Origin: Dehalococcoidia bacterium
Lineage (GTDB): Bacteria; Chloroflexota; Dehalococcoidia; Plut-88900
Length of the DNA stretch: 64,000 nt
NCBI GenBank assembly: GCA_965197585.1
Contig: OZ240215.1
Location: 2,496,001-2,560,000, forward strand
Direction of reading: 5' to 3'
Positions 47,668 to 57,647 of this stretch are shown here, piece after piece; the stretch's first letter is position 1, and every line of letters begins with the position of its first letter. A model generated the notes under the pieces. The model was not told the DNA's origin. It was given only the letters and a program-made list of their open reading frames with translations, and searched no databases. The translations under genes and the position numbers were made by a program.

Positions 47668-48909
47668 CTAACCCACCACCCCCCGCCCCACTAACTCCTC
47701 TACCTCCTCCCGAGAAAGCCCCATCAACTCCTCTAGAACATAGCCGTTGTGCTCGCCCATCTTCGGCCCCGGCCGACTCATCGCCAACGGCGTCCCCGAC
47801 ATCTTCCAAGGCTGCGTCGGCATCTTCGCCCGACCCTGCACCGGGTGCTCGTCCCACGTGAAGAACCCCCGAGCCGCCAGATGCTCGTCGTGATATAGGT
47901 CCGCGTTCGTAAATGTCGCCACGGCCCCCAACCCCACCCCCTGCAGAGCATTCATTGCCTCTAACTTGGAGCGCTGCTGAGTCCACCCTTCGACTATCTC
48001 GGCCAGAGCATCTTCGTGCCCCTTTCGCGCCGACGCAGTGCCGAACCTCTCGTCCCGTGCCAGCTCATCCCTCCCGATCGCCGAGCATAGCCTCACCCAT
48101 TCTTCGTCGCTCGCTATTACAATGCTGATCCACGAGTCCTCTCCGGCGCAGCGATATATCCCGTGGGGCGCCATGCCGGGGGCCCGATTGCCCATCCGCT
48201 CCGCCTCTGCCCCGTTCATCTCGTAGTCCATCAACTTCTCAGGCTGGAATCCGATCACCGTCTCTTCCTCCGAAAGGTCGATGTGCTGACCCCTGCCTGT
48301 CCTCGACTGGTAATGCAAAGCAGCCAATATCGCCGAGGCCCCCGCCACTCCCCCCGACGGATCGGGCATCTCGACCCAGTCGGACACGGCTTCCGCACCC
48401 GGATATCCCACTGAGGTCATAAGCCCCGAGATGTTGGACACGTGCATCCCGTAAGTCACCCATCGGGACCTAGCCCCATATCCCCCAAACCCCGAAAGCG
48501 CCGCCATGATCACTTGCGGATTTACTTTGATTAGATCCTTGTATCCCAACCCCAGCCTATCCGCCACTCCAGCCCGGAAGTTCTCTGCCATCACGTCGCT
48601 GATTGATACCAGCTTTTTGGCCAATTCCATGCCCTCGGGCTTGCGGAGGTTCAGGGTCACACTCAGGCTGTTCCGGTGCATCTGTGCGAACCACATCGCC
48701 GTGTCGGGGCCGGGGATGTTGTCCTTGAATGGAGGGTAGTATCGGGCCAGGTCCAGCTTGACATTGCTCTCGATCTTGATTACCTCCGCCCCCATGAACG
48801 CGAGCAACGACACACAATGAGGCCCGGCCCACGACGCGGTGAAGTCAGCTACCCGGATCCCGTCCAGCGCCCCCTTGAGTCCCGCGTGCCCTCTGCCTGC
48901 CGACGCCAA
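47668..48909 (-). CDS. CoA-transferase family III (CaiB/BaiF)
   Basis: ALDGIRVADF...AGP, GAEVIKIE, ENFRAG, GQHIDLS. Confidence 0.9.
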   Translation of the reverse strand: MASAGRGHAGLKGALDGIRVADFTASWAGPHCVSLLAFMGAEVIKIESNVKLDLARYYPPFKDNIPGPDTAMWFAQMHRNSLSVTLNLRKPEGMELAKKLVSISDVMAENFRAGVADRLGLGYKDLIKVNPQVIMAALSGFGGYGARSRWVTYGMHVSNISGLMTSVGYPGAEAVSDWVEMPDPSGGVAGASAILAALHYQSRTGRGQHIDLSEEETVIGFQPEKLMDYEMNGAEAERMGNRAPGMAPHGIYRCAGEDSWISIVIASDEEWVRLCSAIGRDELARDERFGTASARKGHEDALAEIVEGWTQQRSKLEAMNALQGVGLGAVATFTNADLYHDEHLAARGFFTWDEHPVQGRAKMPTQPWKMSGTPLAMSRPGPKMGEHNGYVLEELMGLSREEVEELVGRGVVG

Positions 48910-48912
48910 ACC

Positions 48913-50130
48913 TTAGATAGTCCCTTCCCGCCTGAGCCGCGCCAACTCCTCCCCCGAGAACCCAAGCCCCTCACCATAAACCTCATCATTGTGCTGCCCG
49001 AGCAGAGGCGCGGACACCCGAGTCGAGCTCTCCGTCTCCGAAAACCTGAACGGCACGGAGGGATACCGCAGCTTGCCCGCATCCTGGTGGTCCATCTCCA
49101 CGAAAAACCCACGCTCCTTCAGGTGTTCATCCCGAGCCAACCGTTCCGCGGTCACGCCCACGGGGCTCGCCGGGACCCGGTTCTCGATGGCGCGCTCAAC
49201 CACCCAATCCTTATCCTTGTCCTCCAGCCACTCAATCAGGAAGGCGTTTATGATGTCGTAGTTCAGCCGACGTCCCTCCGCACTCTGCGTCCACTCCTCT
49301 CGGCTCCAATCCGGCTCTCCCAGCATTTTGACTAGCCCCACCCACTGGTGAGGCTCGATGGCGCTCAGGAGCACGTAGCCGTCCCGGCACGGAAGAATCC
49401 CCGAGGGCACCGACGCTGGAATCGCAGCGTCCTTGCCCTGTATCCGGTTCTCGCCGTTGTAGATGGGAAAGCCGGCAGCTAGTATGAAGGCCATCGCCTC
49501 CTGCTCCGACACGTCGATGTGCTGCCCCTCCCCACCCCGGTCTCTGAAATAAAGCGCCCCCAGCGCAGCCGTCAGCGCGTTATATGCGGCCTGGAACGCA
49601 GGAAGAAATCCCGGCGCCCGCACCGGACGCCCCGGAATACCGTAGGCATCCCGCTCCCTCCAGAGATACCCCCAGCCCCCCGCATGCCACCGGTTCAGGT
49701 CGTGTGCCACGTAGTCCTTGTATGGCCCCTCCTGCCCGAAAGGGGTTATCGACACCATAATCAGACCCGGGTTCTCTTTCCTCAGCGACTCGTACCCCAA
49801 TCCCAGCTCCGATAGCCTACCCGGAGGCCCATTTTCTACCAGTATGTCCGACCCCGACACCAACCGCCTGAACATCCGATCGCCCTCCGCCGAGGTCACG
49901 TCCAGCGTGATCCCCTTCTTGTCCAGGTTCATTGCGAGGAATAGGCCGCTCTTCTCTGGGTGAGCCTCACCGCCTGGGAATGGCCCGTGGCCCCGCGCCC
50001 CGTCCCCCTCCGGTGGCTCCACCTTGATCACTTCCGCCCCGAGAGAGGCCATCAGCCGAGCACAATACGGCGCCGACACCATCTCCCCCAACTCAACCAC
50101 CCGGATGCCATCAAGCGTTCTTTCTTCCAT
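48913..50130 (-). CDS. CoA-transferase family III (probable partner subunit)
   Basis: LDGIRVVE, GAEVIKVEPP.GD, SITPFG..GP, APLLGQHN. Confidence 0.9.
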   Translation of the reverse strand: MEERTLDGIRVVELGEMVSAPYCARLMASLGAEVIKVEPPEGDGARGHGPFPGGEAHPEKSGLFLAMNLDKKGITLDVTSAEGDRMFRRLVSGSDILVENGPPGRLSELGLGYESLRKENPGLIMVSITPFGQEGPYKDYVAHDLNRWHAGGWGYLWRERDAYGIPGRPVRAPGFLPAFQAAYNALTAALGALYFRDRGGEGQHIDVSEQEAMAFILAAGFPIYNGENRIQGKDAAIPASVPSGILPCRDGYVLLSAIEPHQWVGLVKMLGEPDWSREEWTQSAEGRRLNYDIINAFLIEWLEDKDKDWVVERAIENRVPASPVGVTAERLARDEHLKERGFFVEMDHQDAGKLRYPSVPFRFSETESSTRVSAPLLGQHNDEVYGEGLGFSGEELARLRREGTI

Positions 50131-50236
50131 CAGCGCGTTAAGCCCCTAATCGCTGAAATAGGTGTCCTTCGCATAACAACAGCGGATCGGTGTCCAATCC
50201 CCCCTCCCCTCGACGAGTCGCAGATGCGCCTTTGGC

Positions 50237-50368
50237 GTGACCCTTGCATAACCTCTCTCGGTGGGGCCGGGGCCGCTCGTGCTGAGGCTCTCGAAGTATG
50301 AGCGGGGGGTGGAAATCACGTGATCTGGACAGTACAGCGAAGGCAATTTGTAGTTACGCAAAGGTCTC
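50237..50368. mobile_element. MITE copy C
   Basis: GTGACCCTTGCATAAC...GTTACGCAAAGGTCTC, nested in a family A repeat. Confidence 0.75.
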
Positions 50369-50482
50369 ATCGAGCGAATGGGCTAGGGCCATAGGCTAGC
50401 CCGGGAGAGTGAGGGTGATCCAAGGTCATCAAAAGCGGATGCTCAAAGATCTCTCGCCATAGTGAAGGAGCAAGGAATCCGG

Positions 50483-51766
50483 CTACGGGTAGATGCCCCG
50501 CGTGTTGTGCGCCGCCACCACCCGGCTCACCCCCTGGATATACGCCCCCATCCTCATGCTAACCCCGTTCTCCTTCGACGTGGCCAACACCGACTCGAAA
50601 CTGTGCTTCATTATCGAATCAAGCCGCTTCTCCACTTCCTGCTCTTCCCAGAAGTAGAACTGCAAGTCCTGCACCCACTCGAAGTAGGAGACGATAACAC
50701 CCCCCGCATTGGCGAGAATGTCCGGCACCACGAACACCCCCATGTCCTCCAATATCCTATCTGCCTCCGTAGACGTGGGGCCGTTCGCCCCTTCCACTAT
50801 TATCTTTGCCTTCACTTTCGCTGCGTTGGCGCCACTTATCTGCCCCTCCATCGCCGCCAGCATCAGGATATCGCAAGGCAGCTCCAGCAGCTCCGCATTG
50901 GTTATCCGGTCCCCGTGCTTTGAGTCCCGCAGATTAGGGATCTCCTCCTTTTGGGCGAGCATCTCCCGAACCTCCAATCCCGATCCGTTGTGGACCCCGC
51001 CCGAGGCGTCGCTTATCGCAATTACTTTGCATCCCTGGTCCTGCAGCATCTTCGCCGCCACCGACCCCACGTTCCCGAACCCCTGCACCGCAACCCTGGC
51101 CCCTTCCATCGGCATGGATAGATGCGCCGCCGTCTCCCGGGCCATGTTCATGCATCCCCGCCCCGTCGCATCCACCCTTCCCCGCGTCCCTCCTACGCTG
51201 AACGGCTTGCCTGTAACCACCCCCGGCACCGAGTAGCCTTTGTGCATACTGTAGGTGTCCATGATCCAGGCCATGATCTGGGCGTTGGTGTTCATGTCGG
51301 GCGCCGGGATGTCGCCTTCGGGACTTATGATTATCGATATCTCGGAGGCATACCGCCTGGTTAACGCCTCGAGCTCCCTCATCGAAAGCAGCTTGGGGTC
51401 GCAGGCCACGGCGCCCTTGGCTCCGCCGAAGGGGATGTCCACCACTGCGCACTTCCAGGTCATCCACATAGCGAGAGCACGCACTTCATCCAGGGTAACG
51501 TCCGGATGGTACCGGATCCCGCCCTTGGCCGGACCCCGAGACATGCTGTGCTGGACTCGATACCCTGTGAATATTTGTACATGCCCATCGTCCATGCTGA
51601 CGGGGAAGTGAACGATCAGCTCCCTTTTCGGGTGTCGAAGTATCTGCCGGGTGTTCTCGTCGAGACCCAGGTAGTCGGAAGCGGTCTCCAGCTGTTGTAG
51701 AGCCGTATCGAGGGCTCCGTCCCCATCCTGTTTTGCCGGCTGGTCTACCGTTACCTCACTAGTCAC
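50483..51766 (-). CDS. gdhA: Glu/Leu/Phe/Val (glutamate) dehydrogenase
   Basis: GPAKGGIRY, MTWKCA, GGAKG, DIPAPD, GFGNVG, EGANGP, VSYFEW. Confidence 0.93.
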   Translation of the reverse strand: MTSEVTVDQPAKQDGDGALDTALQQLETASDYLGLDENTRQILRHPKRELIVHFPVSMDDGHVQIFTGYRVQHSMSRGPAKGGIRYHPDVTLDEVRALAMWMTWKCAVVDIPFGGAKGAVACDPKLLSMRELEALTRRYASEISIIISPEGDIPAPDMNTNAQIMAWIMDTYSMHKGYSVPGVVTGKPFSVGGTRGRVDATGRGCMNMARETAAHLSMPMEGARVAVQGFGNVGSVAAKMLQDQGCKVIAISDASGGVHNGSGLEVREMLAQKEEIPNLRDSKHGDRITNAELLELPCDILMLAAMEGQISGANAAKVKAKIIVEGANGPTSTEADRILEDMGVFVVPDILANAGGVIVSYFEWVQDLQFYFWEEQEVEKRLDSIMKHSFESVLATSKENGVSMRMGAYIQGVSRVVAAHNTRGIYP

Positions 51767-51847
51767 CCCGAGCTCCTTTCAGGTGGGCTTAATCCTGTGC
51801 CAAAACCGGCGCAAGTATACAGCAAAACCCTTTGCCCCCTGATAGAA

Positions 51848-51888
51848 GAAAGGCCGATACAAGCTCATCGAGCTTGTATCGGCCTTTC
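51848..51888. terminator. Perfect 19-bp hairpin downstream of hicBA
   Basis: GAAAGGCCGATACAAGCTC-ATC-GAGCTTGTATCGGCCTTTC. Confidence 0.75.
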
Positions 51889-51905
51889 AATTGATTCTCG
51901 AAAGA

Positions 51906-52126
51906 TTACCGGAGAAGGGCTAGGAACTCATCCCGTGTGAGTCCAGCGTCTCGGATCAGGGCTCTCAACAGGCCTCGTCCTAGTGAGCTATGCCTGGGGA
52001 CATAGAATCTGCGGCCACCTTGGCCTGTAGTTTTATGTGAGTGCCCTCTGTGCGAGCCCAGACAAATCCCGCCTTGGCAATCGCCCCAACGAACTCGTCG
52101 CCCAAAATAACGGACAAGCGGGGCAC
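51906..52126 (-). pseudogene. hicA: Frameshifted HicA toxin
   Basis: MPRLSVILGDEFVGAIAKAGF...EGTHIKL, then frame change to VPRH..LGRGLLRALIRDAGLTRDEFLALL; 221 nt, one base short of a whole number of codons. Confidence 0.8.
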
Positions 52127-52395
52127 TAAGCTGTCACTTCTACAACTTCATATTCAGAGGAGGAGGGCAGTGGCACGCCATCTTCTCGCATAGTTGTAAG
52201 GTAACCTCTGCTGGCTTCCTTCACGTTTTCCAGGGCCTCACGCCTGGTCCGGCCCTGGCTATGACATCCGGGAAGAGTGGGGCAGCTGGCAACCTCCCAA
52301 CCATCCTCATCCCTCTCAAATACCACCAACAACCTGAGAGCTCGGCCATCTCCCTCCCGTTCTGAGGGATTGCCTTCCGTCGCCTTACTAATCAC
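52126..52395 (-). CDS. hicB: HicB antitoxin with gdhA-like N-terminus
   Basis: DEDGW.ASCP.LPGCHSQG.TRREAL.NVKEA. Confidence 0.88.
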   Translation of the reverse strand: MISKATEGNPSEREGDGRALRLLVVFERDEDGWEVASCPTLPGCHSQGRTRREALENVKEASRGYLTTMREDGVPLPSSSEYEVVEVTA

Positions 52396-52529
52396 CCCGA
52401 GCTCCTTTCATACTGCCCCATTCCCCTATCTGAAACACCGCAAGCATACTGCAAAACCCCTTATCCCCTCTTACCTCACAGTTGTCCGAGGGCTCTGACC
52501 TGACATACAAAATGGCGTATAATCAGGCT

Positions 52530-53432
52530 ATGTTCGCCACAATAGGCCGAAGCTGGCAACTCTACAAAGTCTGCTGGAAAGTCCTCCTCCACGACAAAGA
52601 GCTGCTCGTCTTCCCCCTCATCTCGACCATCGCCCTTATCCTCACCATCGCCGTGATCTTCGGTTCCGGTATGGTCTTCCGTGCCGCCGACTCCGTGAAC
52701 GGCGGAGGAGGGGAAGCCGGTTCTGACCTGGGTTTCGTCGACTTCGTCCTCATGGGCGTTTTCTACTTCGTCAACTACTTCATCATCATCTATTTCAATG
52801 CCGCCCTCATCGGCGCGGCCCGCATCCGCCTCCGCGGCGGTGACCCTACCATCCGAGACGGCTTCCGGGCCGCCAATTCCAACCTGATGGGAATCATCGG
52901 CTGGGCCTTCATTTCCGCCATCGTATCACTCATCTTCTACGCACTGGAAAAGGCCGCTTCTAACCGCGGCGGCTTCGGCGGCATCGCACTGATGATCACT
53001 ACATGGCTGCTGCGCGGCGCATGGTCCGTCTTCACCTACCTCGTGATACCCGTGCTGGTAATCGAAGGCGTCGGCCCCATCGAGGCAATAAAGAGGTCGG
53101 CGGCCCTCCTCCGTAAGACATGGGGTGAGCAGCTTGTCAGCAGGTTCGGTTTCGACTTGATGGTCATGATCGTCGGCATACCTATCGTTTTGGTGGCCGT
53201 CGCAATCGGGATTGTGATTCCCCAGCCCGCAGGCCTCATCATCGCCGTAGCCTTTGGGGTTGTGGCCCTCGGGGCCCTCATACTCGTAACCGCCGCCCTC
53301 AAGGCCATCTACGTGGCCGCCCTCTACGAGTACGCCACCGACGGCGTCCTCCCCGACTTCTTCCCCCGTGAAGTCGTCTCCGACAGTTGGACCCCTAAGG
53401 GCGGCCCTCAGTTCAGCCAGTACCGGCCTTAG
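52530..53432 (+). CDS. DUF6159-like membrane protein
   Basis: RSWQL...VL..DKEL..FP, FNAALI, KRSA.L.RKTWGE; probably leaderless (TATAAT at 52518). Confidence 0.75.
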   Translation: MFATIGRSWQLYKVCWKVLLHDKELLVFPLISTIALILTIAVIFGSGMVFRAADSVNGGGGEAGSDLGFVDFVLMGVFYFVNYFIIIYFNAALIGAARIRLRGGDPTIRDGFRAANSNLMGIIGWAFISAIVSLIFYALEKAASNRGGFGGIALMITTWLLRGAWSVFTYLVIPVLVIEGVGPIEAIKRSAALLRKTWGEQLVSRFGFDLMVMIVGIPIVLVAVAIGIVIPQPAGLIIAVAFGVVALGALILVTAALKAIYVAALYEYATDGVLPDFFPREVVSDSWTPKGGPQFSQYRP

Positions 53433-54871
53433 ACCTCCGCCACCCCCGAGGCCACCGGACCTCCCAAGGGCGCTTTCGGACCTCCGCAAGCCACGAATTC
53501 TCCGTAGCCCGGCTTCTGCAGGATTTCACCTTCCTTCATGACCACCTGTCCCCTCACCATCGTCATCCAGGGCCGACCCTTCTGGCCCCACCCCTCGTAA
53601 AGAGTCAGTCCTGCATTGGTCTTCAGGTCCGACGCCGTGATAGTCCTCTCGTAGTCCGGGTCGATGAGCAAAAGGTCGGCGTCCGACCCTATGCTGATCG
53701 TGCCCTTCCGGGGATACAGCCCGAACACCCGAGCCGGGTTCTCCGCCAACGCCCTGGCTATCCAGGTTATCGACATCCCCCGCTTCACCACACCCTCGCT
53801 GTACATCAGCGGCAGCATCGTCTCCACCGACGCGCTCCCGAAGGGCACCGTGTTCCCCTGCGCATCCTGGAACACATTGTCCCACCCCGACTCCTTCTTC
53901 TCCTTATGCGTCGCCGAGTGGTCGCTCGCCACTATCGAGATGTGTCCGCCCTGCAGACCTCCCCAAAGGGCATCCTGGTCTGGCCCTTCTTCCGGCCTCA
54001 AAGGAGGCCCGATCTTCGCATGGGGCCCCCACTTCTCCATCTCCGCATCGGAGAGCAGTAGGTACTGGGGACACGTCTCGGTCCACACCCGCTGCCCGTT
54101 CCGCTGGGCATCCTTAATCTTCTCCAGGCCTCCCTGGGTGCTTAAGTGCACCACATAGGTCGGGCAATTTGTCATCGCTCCCATCTGGATCGCCCGGTTG
54201 ACGGCCTCCGCCTCGGCCCACGGCGGGCAGGCCTGGGGGAAGAAGCGCGGATGCGTGCATCCTTCGGACATGAGTTTGTTCTGCAGGTAGTCCAGCACGT
54301 CGCCGTTTTCGCAATGAAGCTGCGTCAGCCCCCCGTGACTCCCGATAACGTCCATTGCCTGGCAGATGAAGTCGTCAGAGCACATTCGGTACTTGCGGGT
54401 CTTGTAGGTCATGAACATCTTGTAAGACGTGACACCCATGTCGAAGGCTTCTGGGAGACCCTCCAGAATGTAGGGCTGCTTGTGCAGGATGAAGTGAAAA
54501 GCGTAGTCCAGCACCGACGCCGCTTTCGCCTCCTCCTTGATACGCCTGATGGCCGTGGGAATCGTCTCGCCGTTCAGATCGTCGTATATGCAGAACACTA
54601 TCAGGCTCGTGATGCCGGAATGGGCTGCGGCCAGCGGAGCGTCGACCCAGTCGTCGCACTTCAACGAGTCTATGTGCATGTGCGCGTCTATCGCTCCCGG
54701 CAGCACATACTTCCCCGAGGCATCGATGTACCGCTCAGCCTCTGGCAGCAACTCCCTCGGCCCCAGCGCCACGATCCTCCCGTCCTTCACCGCCACGCTC
54801 GTCCGTACCACGTCCGAAGACGTCACCACTTCACCGTCATGCACTATCGTGTCTACGTGCCTGCTATTCAT
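53429..54871 (-). CDS. Cyclic amidohydrolase (dihydropyrimidinase/hydantoinase-like)
   Basis: PGAIDAHMH, TSYKMFMTY, HCENG, YVVH, ETCPQYL, SDH, GSDAD. Confidence 0.88.
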   Translation of the reverse strand: MNSRHVDTIVHDGEVVTSSDVVRTSVAVKDGRIVALGPRELLPEAERYIDASGKYVLPGAIDAHMHIDSLKCDDWVDAPLAAAHSGITSLIVFCIYDDLNGETIPTAIRRIKEEAKAASVLDYAFHFILHKQPYILEGLPEAFDMGVTSYKMFMTYKTRKYRMCSDDFICQAMDVIGSHGGLTQLHCENGDVLDYLQNKLMSEGCTHPRFFPQACPPWAEAEAVNRAIQMGAMTNCPTYVVHLSTQGGLEKIKDAQRNGQRVWTETCPQYLLLSDAEMEKWGPHAKIGPPLRPEEGPDQDALWGGLQGGHISIVASDHSATHKEKKESGWDNVFQDAQGNTVPFGSASVETMLPLMYSEGVVKRGMSITWIARALAENPARVFGLYPRKGTISIGSDADLLLIDPDYERTITASDLKTNAGLTLYEGWGQKGRPWMTMVRGQVVMKEGEILQKPGYGEFVACGGPKAPLGGPVASGVAEV

Positions 54872-55162
54872 AGTGTATTCCTCCTGGGGTTGGGGGGATT
54901 GCGCCCGTGCCACTGCCCGTAATTCTAGTCCACCCTTCCTAGTATTTCACCCCCGCCCCCGACTCCGATCAGGAATCCCTTCCTGGGAGGGGCCGCTCAC
55001 CCTGAGCTTAGTCGAAGGGTCGAGCGGGGGTGGCGCCCGCAATGCCAACCCGTCGTGGTAGCCCTAACACCACTCCACCCCCCTCCCCACCTAAGATATA
55101 CTACCCCTTACCCAGTCCCGCATATTCAAAAGCCCTTGCCACGTTCCCGAAAGGGGGTTCCC

Positions 55163-55774
55163 ATGGTGCAGCTAGGAAAATTAGTCGAGTCCGTCACCAT
55201 CCCCGCCCGACACGGGCGCGCCGTCGTAGTCCGCGGTGGTCAGAAAGTTAAGGTGACCGATGTCGACGGCAAGCAGGTCTGCGACTTCTTCGCCCTCCGC
55301 GCCTCCGACCCTTCCGTCTACCTCTCCGGCGTCTACACCCGCAGCACCATCGCAAGGGTGCGCCCCCGCGTCGGTGACACCCTTTTCGACAACCATCGAA
55401 TCGCCATCATGTCCTTCCTGGAAGACACTACTATCGGCATCCACGACATGCTCTACGCCCCCTGCGACCCCCAGAGATACCTCATCGACTACGAGGTAAC
55501 CGAGCATCGGAGCTGCAAGGAAAACGTTCTTGAAGCCCTGGCAACGCTCGACGTCCACCCTCCCGTAACCCCCGAGGTCTTCAACATCTTCCAGAACAGC
55601 AGCCCCGACGACGATGGCAACCTTTCAGTTAAGGAGCCCGTCTCCCGGGCCGGTGACTACGTTGTCCTCCTGGCCCTCGACGACCTGATCGTAGCCGGTT
55701 CGGCCTGCCCCCAGGACCTCAACCCCTGCAACGGGTTCAACCCCACCGACCTCACCCTGGAGGTGTACGACTAG
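55163..55774 (+). CDS. DUF1989 urea-carboxylase-associated family protein
   Basis: G.QVCD, HDMLY.PC, HRSC.EN, FNIF, SACPQD. Confidence 0.88.
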   Translation: MVQLGKLVESVTIPARHGRAVVVRGGQKVKVTDVDGKQVCDFFALRASDPSVYLSGVYTRSTIARVRPRVGDTLFDNHRIAIMSFLEDTTIGIHDMLYAPCDPQRYLIDYEVTEHRSCKENVLEALATLDVHPPVTPEVFNIFQNSSPDDDGNLSVKEPVSRAGDYVVLLALDDLIVAGSACPQDLNPCNGFNPTDLTLEVYD

Positions 55775-55790
55775 GGGACTGGCATCGCCA

Positions 55791-56792
55791 ATGAAAGCCA
55801 TGTCCTTCAGCGCTCCCGCCCCCGTGGAGCGCCGACCCCTCCAATTGTCGGAGTCCCCTGTACCCGAGCCGGGCCCCGGTCAGGTACTCGTCCGGGTCAC
55901 GGCCTGTGGCGTCTGCCGCACCGACCTCCACATTATCGAAGGTGATCTCCCGCCCAGAAAATCTCCCCTGGTCCCCGGCCACCAGGTAGTCGGGACCGTG
56001 GAGAAGCTGGGCCCCGAGGTTGAAGGTTTCGAAATCGGGGCCCGAGTCGGCGTTCCGTGGGTACATCGGACCTGCGGCCGCTGCGCCTTCTGCCAACGAG
56101 GCCGCGAGAACCTCTGCGAGTCCGCTCTCTTCAACGGCTACAACGTGAACGGCGGCTACGCCGACTACGTCCTGTCTGATGAGAGTTTCACTTTCCCCAT
56201 CCCCGACACCTTCCCCGACCTCCAGGCCACCCCCCTCCTCTGCGCCGGGGTCATCGGCTACCGCGCCCTCCGCCTCGCCGATGTCCCAACCAACGGCAGG
56301 CTCGGCCTTTACGGCTTCGGCGGTTCCGCCCACGTAGTAATACAGATCGCCGTCCACATGGGCCTTGAAGTCTACGTTTTCTCCCGCAGCGAGAAGCACG
56401 GTGCCTTGGCCCGAGACCTCGGCGCGGTGTGGGTCGGAAGCGCGAAGGAAGGCCCACCACATAAGCTCGACGCCTCAATCATCTTCGCCCCCGCCGGCGA
56501 ACTCATCCCCCTCTCCCTGGAACATCTGACGAAGGGTGGAGTGCTCTCCCTCGCAGGCATCTACATGACCCAAGTCCCGGGCCTCGACTACAACCGACAC
56601 CTCTACGACGAGAAGGTCATCCGCAGCGTCGCCAACAGCACCCGCCAGGACGTGAAAGAACTGCTAACCCTCGCCGCCGAGGTCCCCGTCCGCACCCGAG
56701 TCCAACCCTTCCCCCTGGAAGCCGCCAACGACGCCCTCATAGACCTCAAACAAGGCCGCATCAACGGCGCCGCCGCCCTAACCCTCACCTAG
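55791..56792 (+). CDS. Zn-dependent alcohol dehydrogenase family
   Basis: CGVCRTDLH, GHQVVG, CGRCAFC...NLC, LCAGVIGYR, GFGGSA. Confidence 0.92.
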   Translation: MKAMSFSAPAPVERRPLQLSESPVPEPGPGQVLVRVTACGVCRTDLHIIEGDLPPRKSPLVPGHQVVGTVEKLGPEVEGFEIGARVGVPWVHRTCGRCAFCQRGRENLCESALFNGYNVNGGYADYVLSDESFTFPIPDTFPDLQATPLLCAGVIGYRALRLADVPTNGRLGLYGFGGSAHVVIQIAVHMGLEVYVFSRSEKHGALARDLGAVWVGSAKEGPPHKLDASIIFAPAGELIPLSLEHLTKGGVLSLAGIYMTQVPGLDYNRHLYDEKVIRSVANSTRQDVKELLTLAAEVPVRTRVQPFPLEAANDALIDLKQGRINGAAALTLT

Positions 56793-57029
56793 CCCCTCCC
56801 CCAGCCATCCTTCTCTCCTTGTGTCATCCCATCCTCATACTGTCATCCCGAGGCTCTGCGAGGGGCATAGGGCTTGCCCTCTCACTTACCTGCTTCATTC
56901 CACTTCCCTTCCCCCGTTAAACAAAGCAATATGGTCGATGCTGATTAGCAGCATCAGCTATATCGCATCAAACAGGGCGGGTGGTTGGGAACCTATTTCC
57001 CCGCCGTAGGCGTAAACCCTTCTTGCCCC

Positions 57030-57551
57030 CTAGAAATACCACCCCAACCCCTTGTGCAACCCTCGCAAATAGGCTATCTGCCCTCCATGCACAATCGCCT
57101 CGTTCACAATGACCTGGACGATGTTTCCCAACGGCACCGTGCCTTCGCCGACCAACGCCGGCACCTGCTTGTCCAGGTCCTCGGGACTTAGCGACGCCAG
57201 GTAGTCCGCCACCTTTTTCTCCGTTTGCCCGAAGTACTCTTTCAGGGCGTCCACCGACCCCACGCTAAACGAGTCCAGATCATCCACCTTGTGCCCGAAT
57301 CCCATCCCTTTGGTTTCTGCAGATAGACCGCACTTCTTTGCCCAATCGTCGTTCCACAGCTGATCCGACCCGTCCAGAGACGAGACCAAGCCGTCCTCCG
57401 CCCGAGCCAAGTGCCACAGCAGCCAAGCCATCGAGTTGCACTCCGAGTTCGGACGGGTCGCAACCTCCTCGTCCGAAAGGCCGTCCAGGGCCTTCCTCAC
57501 CATGCTCCGGTTCCCCTTCAGCAGCATTGTAACCAGCTCATTAGCTTCCAT
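57030..57551 (-). CDS. DinB family protein
   Basis: NSMAWLLWHLAR.ED, HGGQIAYLRG. Confidence 0.85.
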   Translation of the reverse strand: MEANELVTMLLKGNRSMVRKALDGLSDEEVATRPNSECNSMAWLLWHLARAEDGLVSSLDGSDQLWNDDWAKKCGLSAETKGMGFGHKVDDLDSFSVGSVDALKEYFGQTEKKVADYLASLSPEDLDKQVPALVGEGTVPLGNIVQVIVNEAIVHGGQIAYLRGLHKGLGWYF

Positions 57552-57647
57552 TTCTCTCCTCTTGGTGTCGGGTGTCAAATGGGTCGGGTGAGGGTGGAGT
57601 TTAGCATAGGGGGGCGAATTAGTGAGATGGGCAATGTGACAGGTTGG

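Noticed and set aside
53429-54871. Missing pyrC dihydroorotase
   Set aside because: Motifs fit hydantoinase/dihydropyrimidinase better and it is unlinked to the pyr genes; a phylogeny would be needed to exclude it
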